Source: the human T2T-CHM13v2.0 reference genome, Homo sapiens. Taken from it: 64,000 bases of DNA. The notes under the pieces are model-generated. The model did no database searches. It worked only from the letters and a program-made list of their open reading frames with translations, and was not told the origin of the DNA. Shown piece by piece: positions 1 to 11,793 of this stretch. Position 1 is the stretch's first letter, and each line of letters opens with the position of its first letter. The stretch lies in assembly GCF_009914755.1 (NCBI RefSeq), contig NC_060930.1. One strand, 5' to 3'. The translations under genes were made by a program, and so were the position numbers.

Positions 1-1035
<1,035 letters not shown>

Positions 1036-1039
1036 ATAC

Positions 1040-1460
1040 AGGATAATTTTTATCCACTTGACTATCACACTGTATATATAATTTTTCATCCTGAACTTTT
1101 CAATTAAAGCTATGTTACAAGGATTTTATCACATCATTAAATATTCTTTGTGGAGTTTCTTTTTAATGGCTGCATAATATTCTATCTCTGCATATACAGC
1201 AAAGATAGAATATATAATTATTTTTACCCACTACACATATCATCAAACATGTAGTTGCCATCTTTTTTTTACTATTATTAAAAATACCGTGGTAAACATT
1301 GTTATACATACATCTTTGTTCACAGTTTTGGAAATTTCCACTGTGTGATCAAGAAGAAGAAATACTGCATAATAGGATAAAAACATTTTAAATCTCTTGA
1401 TATGCATCACCAACTTAAAAAACAGAAATGTACTAATTTGTACTTCACACCTGTTTCTCA
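1040..1460 (-). mobile_element. Ancient L1M 3' region fragment
   Basis: Antisense L1M-type motifs (tttttaatggctgcataatattc, ttgatatgcatcacc). Confidence 0.6.
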
Positions 1461-1529
1461 AGAAAATATTTTAGATTAGTACTGTTCCAGAAAATTTGGA
1501 AGGTTTAAAATATATATTTATAGAGTAAT

Positions 1530-1760
1530 TATTACGTACCAGCCACTGTGCTAAGTGCTTAATATGTATTGTGTCATTTACTCCTTGCAAAACTGCCATG
1601 AGTAGGGACGAGGTGCTATTATAATTCCCATTTTAAACACAAACAGTTAAGCAACAAGCCCAAGGTTGTACAGCCAATTCACTGTGAAGCTAAAAGCTGA
1701 TGGCAGAGTGAATTCAGTGTAGGTCTTGTTTTTTCTGACTCCAATAGTTATGCTCTGCTC
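1530..1760 (-). mobile_element. MIR SINE
   Basis: cactgtgctaagtgctt...ccattttaaac...cccaaggttgtacagc resembles antisense MIR. Confidence 0.75.
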
Positions 1761-2384
1761 CGTCCACTCTGGGTGGCTTCTGCAACAAGGATCCCAGCTC
1801 AGAGTCTGCCACAAGGGTCAGCAACCCTCATGAGAGAGCCTGTGCTGCCCGTCATGCCCTAGGACAGACAGTTGACCCTGGGGCCAAGAGCTCTGCACAA
1901 GGACCTAGAGGCACACCTGGTTAATGACATGCTCTCAGTGATGCTGGCAAGCTTTGGAAGTGGCAAAGAAAAATGATGCCCTGGGGAGCCAGCAGGATCA
2001 CTGTGGTCACTTGCAAACATGTGAGATGCTGGGAGCCCTTTGTATAGAAGCAAGGGACTGCGTGGAAGGAGTGGGAGGTAGTGGGGATTCAGAAATGGAA
2101 CTTGTGTGCCCAGAGGCTGTCAGCAATCCCATTGAAGCCAAAGCCACCGTGGCCTAGGGAAAAGTGACTTCCGTCTTTCCTTTTTAGGTAAATTGATGTG
2201 GGGCTATTCAGGGCACCCCCGCCTCCAATTCCACACATTGTGTAGGCAGCTCATGGCCTCAGGCATGGATGGGGCTTGAAACCCAGCCCAAGCATTATTT
2301 GCCAAGCAGGGTGTCGGCAGAGCTGTCTCCACCTCGCACTGGGCCTTTGACCTCATACCCTCCCCTCCCTACCTGCTCCTGCAG

Positions 2385-2672
2385 CTCCAGCCACGCTGGC
2401 CCCCTTGCTACTCCTCCAAGGATGAGGCTTACCCTGGATGCAGGGTAAGAGCCTGCATCTCTGGCTCTTCTCTCTGCCTGGAAAACTTGTTCCTATCTCC
2501 CAGGTCAAGTCCTTTTCCAATGCCTCCTTCTCTAGATCATCCTGTGAACAATTACAATCCCAATCCTCCCACCCACTCCCCTTAGGGGAACAGCGATCTG
2601 TGTTTATTAATCTGTTCCAAGGACCTAGAACACTCCTGGAAAATAGTAGCTCTCAGTAAATGTGTTGCATTG
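2385..2672 (+). mobile_element. L2 LINE 3' end
   Basis: Ends cctagaacactcctgg...ctcagtaaatgtgttgcattga, typical L2 3' terminus. Confidence 0.65.
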
Positions 2673-3859
2673 AGCAAAATCACTAAATGGGCGAACAGTG
2701 GATTTAGTTTTACAATGGAAGAACTAAAGCCTGAGAGGCAAAGTGACTTTGACCAAGATCGCTTACAGATTTTCTTTCCCCTAAGTGCCCTAACTTCCAC
2801 AGCTAGCCTTGAAGTCCTTCAGTTCAGCCCAAACAAAACTCTCCCCCAGTGATGCTAATCTCAGATAGGTACAGATCTGGTAAAGCAACTGGAAAAAGGT
2901 AGGAATCACAAATAAGCATAACTCAGGCAGTAAGTTTTAGACACATATGCAATGCATGAGAAATAAAACTATCTCTTCTGAGCAGCAGGCAGATTCGTAC
3001 ACCTTCTCTTTCCTACCCTCCCAAGAACAACTATTCAAAAACAACAAAGCCACCAGGAGGCCAAGTCCCCAGAAACCACATGATTTAATAGCTCAGATCC
3101 ATCTCTAACCCATCCCCTCCTCTCTGTAAACAGCCCCACACCGGCAGAGATCATTCCAAGCGATGAGACGAAGCGAGCTGCCCCAGGGAATGTTCGAAAC
3201 CACAGCTTGTTAGGAATGCCCAATACAGTAAACACCTCTGTGAAATATTTCCCTCTCTCACTAAGCATTTGCAGAGAACAAACAGACAATACATAATTTT
3301 GGAGCAGATTTATTTTTTTTCCATGATCTTTGCTCTCTTTTAACAAGCAACCTGTTGTGTATGTTACCTTAAAATAAAATCAAATCCTGGCAATGATTAT
3401 CAAAATCTAGAACCCCAAGTATAAAAGCTATCTCTCAGTAAGCAGTATTCTGGGATTTCAAATACAAGGTCCATAGATCCTCAAGGGATCCTTGCATGGA
3501 ATTCAGTGGTCTGTGGACCCTCTAAAATTGTATACAAACTTTTGTGGCTATATGAATATCCACACAGTCTTTGAAATTCAAAATTAGGTACCACATTTTA
3601 ATACCTTATCAAAATTTTTGATACCAAAACCTAATTTACAACATATTAAATTTTCTCTTGTGGGGGTGCTGTTATCAAGACACAATACCCTAGCTAAATA
3701 AACATTTAGTTTGGTTAACCACACAGAGGACATAATAAATTAATTTCCCAATTGCTATTCCATGCTGTTGACAAAATTATCAGTTTGGTCTTTAACTCTC
3801 TCTCTCTCTCTCTATCAGTTAGCCTTGTGCAAAACACTATTTTGCAAAGCAGATATTTT

Positions 3860-3985
3860 TAACCACACTTTGCAGATATGAAACCTGAGACTCAGAGAGG
3901 TAGTAAGTTATTGGGGCCCTCCGCTGGTAAATAGAGGGACCAAGATCCTAAAACCAGCCTATTGGGTCCTGAAGCCTGTCTCTTC
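3860..3985 (-). mobile_element. MIR fragment
   Basis: tttgcagatatgaaacctgagactcagagagg antisense MIR core. Confidence 0.65.
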
Positions 3986-5307
3986 AGTGAGGCAAACCAC
4001 TATCTGTTGAAATTTATAATTTGTTTCCTGAAATGAAGAATTTCAGTCCAAGATTTTCCTTTAGTGGTGGGATGGTTAAACAAGTATATTTCACACCAGC
4101 AATTACATTGGTGAAATATTTTTAAATATTGGTGGTTCTGACATGGTAAAAGTCGTTATAATGTATTTTTTCTAATTTTAGCTCTGAACAATCAATTAAT
4201 GGCAGCCTAAAATGCGGCTGTAACCCAGTTTAGAACTTTCCAAGAATCCTCCCATTGGAGCCAGATGAAGCAGCCTAATGTAGCAAATGAGAACTTCTGA
4301 GTCCAGAGCGGGGCAAGCTCCAATCTGCCAATAGCCTTGCCAAGAAAGCTGGAGGAAGTGGGGGAGTCACGTAACCGCCTACCTCCTCTTTCCCAAAACA
4401 GGAGCCACATACCAACCTCTCAGCAGGGTGGGTTGGGGCCACAAGACTTAGGGCCTACCTCTCCTCGGTGGCCAATGACATTTAAAGAAAACAGTTGACT
4501 GCATCTGTGAAGATGTCATAACGTGGAGCTTCCCTGGGAGAAAATAATTTGGGAAGGGAGGGAGACGTTACTGATATCTTTAAAACACAGAGTGTTCAAA
4601 ATGAGAGAACCACGTGCTTCTCTCCATACCACTGGGGTGGTTTTGGTGCCCGTCTTTGGTGTGCATTGTGGGTCTTTGTGGGGCCTGTGGTAACAACTCA
4701 TGATTCATCAACTACAAGTTACCATCACAATTTCCAAGTCATTGGGAAGTATTTCATCCCCCAGAGCGGCAATTTTCTCCATCAGCAAGAGAATCAAAAG
4801 GAAGTGGGAACATCTGGCTCGATATGAAAGCCTGAGAGTGCCCCGACATACACAGGCTACGGAGAAGTCGGCCCCTTGCAGATATTGGAAAGCAAAGCTC
4901 CGTCTACCTTCGCCAGCCACAGTTTCCAGCATCGCTTCCAAAAATCAATCTTGTATATTTTCTGGCGGACCCACTTCTAAGTGATTGGATTCTAGCACAC
5001 TCCAATCAAGCATCAGCTTTGGTTCTTATGACGCAGTCACTAACATCACACACGACCAAAACAGCAGGGCGCTCTCTCAAGTCTCCTCTTACTGTGCCAT
5101 CGTGGGGAACAGTCTCATGTGAGTGCAGGCGTGGGCCGGCTTCCCTTAGTTGGGAAGGGAGGGAGATATTATTCATATCCCCTCCACAGTGCACTCGCTT
5201 CTTCATGCTCATGTAGAAACACAGACATGTGCCTGTGGCTAGAACTCTTATCCAGGTTGATTTAACCTAGAGAAATGACGCTTTAATGTCACCATCAAAA
5301 AGCTAAC

Positions 5308-5885
<578 letters not shown>

Positions 5886-5964
5886 AGTTAGGATGGAGAA
5901 TCACTCTTCTAGCACATAATTAGGGGTTCTAGGAATGTCTGGTGTCAGCCAGGAAAGGGTCCAA

Positions 5965-6122
5965 GCTCTGAAACGAAATCATCAGGCTTTGAAATTGGGC
6001 TCTTCCATTTACCAATCTGTGCCTCAGTTTCCTCCTCTGTCAAATGGGGCTCACAACAGCACCTGCTTCATGAGATGTGAGAATTAAATTAATGCATATT
6101 AAGCCCTTAGAACAGTGCCAGT
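5965..6122 (+). mobile_element. MIR SINE
   Basis: ctgtgcctcagtttcctcctctgtcaaatgggg core and cttagaacagtgcc end. Confidence 0.85.
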
Positions 6123-7025
6123 TGTTTCTCACCTTGTGACAACGAAAGAAATATTAGAAAAATATTCAGTATAATCCCATTCCTCTGAAACAGCATCCAA
6201 ATGTCACCTGTTAGTAACATCTCTAAGATGAGAGAATGTTCTAATTTAACACTGCTATTTTCCTTCAAGGTGGCAAACAACAATCATTCACATTTTTACA
6301 TCTTTTAGTAGAGTTCTTGATTTAGTAAAAATCAGACTTAGGTCAAGTTGGACATTACTGAACTGCTGGCCACACTGCAAGCCCAGGTTAGAGCTGGAGT
6401 CAGTCCCAGAGAGACTGGAAGGAGAAAGTATCCCACACTCATTTTAAAGTAAATAAAAAGATTCTCAAGTGTATTTCTCCATCTTTCAATATTTTGAGCA
6501 TTTTCAGACACTTAGAGAGTGTGAGCAAAAATATTTAATCTTTAAGTTAACAGAGGGGCTTAAAAACAATAAGATACTGCAGCAATCTGAGGACTGAGGG
6601 GCTTCAGGATGACTTTAAGAAGAGACTTCTGCAGAGCTCAGATGCTCGATACGCAAAGGAAATCTGTCGGAGCGGCGTCCAGCTAGCTCCGTGCGTGCAC
6701 AGACACTTGAGCATTATTTTCCTGGCACTCAGCAATTCATTCCCCAGACCTGAGAACATCATCTAAATCTTAATTGACGCCATAGCTACACTTGACTGGG
6801 AGAGGAAGACGAGTCCAGGCTCCATATGTGTGTAAATCACATATTATAATTGGATCTGTAATTCTCATTCCCTTATTCACTTTTTCTAATTTAATTCACA
6901 ATAATATATAGATATAAGGTATAGGTTATTGTAAATTAAATTAGATATATAATATGTGTGTTTAGATATAGAGAGACAGAGACAGTGTGTACCATTTTAT
7001 AATCTGAGAGCTCTGCATCTTCTAA

Positions 7026-7892
<867 letters not shown>

Positions 7893-8217
7893 TTCTTCTT
7901 CTTCTTTTCTTACAACCATTAAATTTTAAAAAATCATTTCTGCTAGATGTAGCTTGTGACATAGTTTACCAACCCCGGCTTTAGAATGGGCCTAATAGTA
8001 TTGCCCAGGATGGATTCAGCTCACGTGAAGGCTTGCATTCTTTGGCAGAGCATGATATGGAGCTGGAGAGGAGGGGAGAGGAGAACAGAAGGCAAGGTGG
8101 GAAAGGACACCTGGCAGAGACAACATCTGGATCCTGAACCTGGAGGAGAAATCCACTTATATCTCACTTTAGATTTGCCAGCTGCTTTTATTTTTATTTG
8201 GACTTACAGAAAGGTGA

Positions 8218-8517
8218 GGCTGGGTGTGGTGTCTCATGCCTGTAATCCCAGCACTTTGGGAGGCCGAGGCAGGTGGATCACGAGGTCAGGAGATGGAGAC
8301 CATCCTGGCCTACATGGTGAAACCCCATCTCTACTAAAACACAAAAAAAATTAGCTGGGAGTGGTGGTGTGCGCCTGTAGTCCCAGCTACTCGGGAGGCT
8401 GAGGCAGGGGAATCACTTGAACTGGGAGGCAGAGATTGCAGTGAGCTAAGATCACGCCACTACACTACAGCCTGGGCAACAGTGAGACTCCGTCTCAAAA
8501 AAAAAAAAAAAAAAAAG
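8218..8517 (+). mobile_element. AluSc-like SINE
   Basis: Full dimer, ggatcacgaggtcaggag; near-TSD agaaaggtga (8208-8217) / agaaaggtaa (8596-8605). Confidence 0.95.
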
Positions 8518-8600
8518 AAAGAAAGAAAGGAAGGAAGAAAGAAAGAAAGAAGGAAAGAAAGAAAAAGAAAGAAAGAAAGAAACAAACAAACAAAAAGAAA
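8497..8600 (+). repeat. A/(GAAA)n/(CAAA)n microsatellite grown from the Alu tail
   Basis: Directly visible; lies inside the Alu TSD pair. Confidence 0.95.
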
Positions 8601-8624
8601 GGTAAGAGGCAAGAGGATTGGGAA

Positions 8625-8910
8625 AGAATTCTCCATGTATAGTGACCAGCCTTGAAAAACAGAATTAATACCTGCTGTTGGAGAAAAGGGCAGGCAAACT
8701 TACTGCCCATCATGAAAGATTTGGGTTCTCTGAGCTCAGGGATCTCCTCCTATAATGCAAGTCACTATGTGAATAAGTGTCATCTGGCCTTCTTCACACG
8801 CCCTATGGAAATTGGGGCTCAGGACAGATATGAACAACTGCTGATACTCTGCCTACTGCTATTGCTGTGAGTATTAAAGTCTTATGTTTCTGACCCAGGC
8901 ATCTCATGAC
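8625..8910 (+). mobile_element. ERVL solo LTR fragment (LTR40-like)
   Basis: tgctgatactctgcctactgctattgctgtgagtattaaagtcc...tctgacccaggcatctc matches recalled LTR40 R/U5. Confidence 0.65.
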
Positions 8911-9064
8911 TGTCTACGCCTGTGCCTTGAACAGGAAGAATCTACAGAGAAAGGAACTAGGAATCAAGGAAGCATCCCCCAAAACATTCTGTGCCATCTT
9001 CAGATTCTCTTATGTTAATGAAACAATTTTATATAATTCTCAGGTTTTCCTCTTCAAAAGATTC

Positions 9065-9165
9065 AGAAGGCTGTGAGACATTTGAGAGCAATGACTATAT
9101 TTTGTTTACCTTTGTGTCTGGCTTGGAATCTAAAACAATACCTAGCATAATATGGATATTTAGTA
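9065..9165 (+). mobile_element. L2 3' end fragment
   Basis: ctgtgagacatttgagagcaatgactatattttgtt...aatacctagcata. Confidence 0.55.
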
Positions 9166-9889
9166 AAGAAAGAGAGGAAAGAAGGAAGGAAAAAAGGAAG
9201 GAAGGAAAGGGGGAGGGGAGGAAGGAGGAAGGATACGGAGAGCGAGGGGGAAGAAAGGAAAGAGGAAGTGCTCACTTATGTAAATACTGTTATAAGAATT
9301 TTCTATGACTATTCAATTTTTCAAAACACAGAGAAAAATCAGATATTTATAGCTCTGCCACTTTAAAGCATCAGATGAATTTATCTATGTCTTTCTTTAC
9401 CCACAGGTTGAGAAGAAAATACGGGAGTGAACTGTAGCAATAAACGGTTTGTGGGTAATTTTGGTACTTTAATGTGGCTTCTAAAATGTGTACTACATGA
9501 CTTAGGAAGGAATATTTAAGGAGCCCAGCTGCACTAACGTGGGTTGCTATTGTGTTATTACTAAAATAGCTGAGAGAGACTCTCTGTGCAGTCACCCTAA
9601 GTGAGTTATTTTGAGTGAGTTGCTATGGTGGTATGACCTGCATGTATGACTAAACATACAAAAAAGCCAAAAGGCCAGAAATGAAGTGTCAGCTATGAAG
9701 ATGCTAGTGATAAAAGCCTACCCCAAAGCAATGACAGATACTTTGAAAATACTTTGAGGGAATAAAGCACTCTTAGGGAACACAGGGTTTGAAGTAGGAC
9801 TGTGTTGTTATTATTGAGTTATTTTCCAATAATTTTCGAGAGTCTGCCACAGCTTTGAGGCCAGTCTTTTATATCATTGCCCAGGCAGG

Positions 9890-9926
9890 GGCTCCATAGC
9901 TCAGGGGTTAGAGCACTGCTCTTGTA
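9890..9926 (+). pseudogene. tRNA-Thr(TGT) 5'-half retropseudogene (tailless)
   Basis: ggctccatagctcaggggttagagcactgctcttgta matches the recalled 5' 37 nt of human tRNA-Thr-TGT with one substitution; anticodon TGT at 9923-9925; flanking direct repeat tatcattgccc. Confidence 0.88.
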
Positions 9927-10284
9927 GTATCATTGCCCTACACAAGTGAATTTGGGTAAAAAGGAAAACAGAAGGAACTTTAACAGGCAAGTATGGAGAC
10001 TGAAGTTCCACAGTAGCCCCTAGCACCAAATAAAAGTACAACAGGTCTCAATCATCACTTCCAGGCATTGAGAGAAGAAGTGCGATTTTTGAGTCTTGAC
10101 TTTTGGAATCTGCAAGAGTAAGTAAATGGCTCTCTGTGTCTGTCTGGTGCCTAGGGCCAGCTCTCTCCTCTGACACTGTCCTCATTAGCATGCTAGGTGA
10201 GCATGACAACTCCGCTAGTCAGATATCACTACATCCTCAACTTCACAGAGGTGGTCTCTCATCTACCATATTTTCTGAACACCA

Positions 10285-10455
10285 ATTCACAGTGCAGTAC
10301 TGGGCAAGCTACATAAAAATTTCCTGCGAAGTTTGTAACATTTTTTTAAAGCTAAAAATTAGAGATTCTGATTCTGGCCTGAACCTTGGGAATGTGTATT
10401 TTTTAAAAGTTTCCCGAGTGATTTTCATGGGGAATTAGTTTAAAAAACACTGGTA
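10285..10455. mobile_element. MER5-type hAT-Charlie relic
   Basis: agagattctgattc...gggaatgtgtattttttaaaag...gtgatttt...aaacactgg. Confidence 0.6.
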
Positions 10456-11793
10456 TAGACTTTCCACTTTGGAATTTAATCAGGTTGTGTTTTTTTAAAT
10501 TTCACCTATTGCTGTGTTGGGGCTACTTACCTAGATGTGAGGGCTATATGACCCCACCCCTATCAACAGCACTCCAAATACTGACCAAATGAATGAATGA
10601 ATGAATGAATGAGGTTGCATTCGGAGTCAGAGGACCAAAAGGAAGAATGTCTTCTTCATGGTATGGTCCCCACATTACTTGGAAAAGAATTATAAATCCC
10701 TCTTTCTAAAGAAAGAAAAAAAGAGAAAGGCAGGCAGGCAGGCAAAAAGGAGTGAAGGAAGGAAAGAAGAAAGGAAGGGAGGGAGGGAGGGAAGAGAGAG
10801 AGAGGCAGGAGGGAAAGGAAAGAGGGAGGAATTTCATAAATATTTACATAAAATCATCTTTGTTCCTGGGAGCTGAGCCATAAATCTCTGAAGAGACCAT
10901 TGGATCAGTAAGGCCTGGGAGCTGTGAGTACAGTGATAGCTGTTAGCTCTGGCCCACTCTTGAGTGAGCTGAACGTTTGAGCTATGAGGGCATCCTTCCC
11001 CCACAAAATTTCCCCAGTGAGGAGCTCGTGCACCCCATCTGTGCATCAGCCCCACTGACAAACTTTCCTGTCCGCCATCCCTGGTCCATATGGCTCAACT
11101 GGGACTCCTCTCCTGGCGGTCACCATAGTCCCCCCTTAAAAGTTTGAAGGTAGCTCAGATTCCATCTATCAGGGTGAAAACCCTGTGTCTTGCTCAGGAA
11201 TATTCTTCCTCGTCAGCTGTAAGAAAAGAAACAAAAATTAATATTTACGTCCACATGCTGTTTCTTTCCATCCACCCCACCCTGAGTCACCTTTGGACTT
11301 GACCTGCTGTGTGTGGAGTCGATGACTCTGCTATAAGCAGCCCTGCTCCCAGAGCGTAGCTCCCAGCCTCTCCCCTGTAAGCACCAGTGCCCCATGCTCT
11401 GTGTGTCATACAGAAGTCTATCCCTGCTACCTGGCCACAGCATACTGGATCAGGAGTTAGTACCTGAGCAGAAAGTAGCTCATCTGGTCTTATGCTTAGG
11501 CAGCCAACCACCACCAAGGCAGCTTGGACCCAACTTTCTTCCCAAATGCTGGTTCTAAACTGACAGCAGCAAGTCAACCTGAAAAAGGGGGCTACCTCTA
11601 AGTTTTGCTTGAGAGAAAGAAAGAGATGAGGGAAGAGGAAGGGAGGGAAGAGGAATGGAAGCACTTCCACAGCAGAAGGGCTGGGCCCTGATAAATAAGT
11701 GTCTTTTCCTTTCGAATCATATGCATTGCTGAGGCAGGCCCCCTGCCTCCATTCACACTGACAGCGTTTATAAAGCCAGAGGCCCATATATAC

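Noticed and set aside
4800-4835. GSGNIWLD peptide resembling an SRCR motif
   Set aside because: Stop codon follows within a few codons, no cysteine pattern or flanking splice sites
9890-9962. Functional tRNA gene
   Set aside because: No 3' half, T-arm or B box; cannot form a cloverleaf
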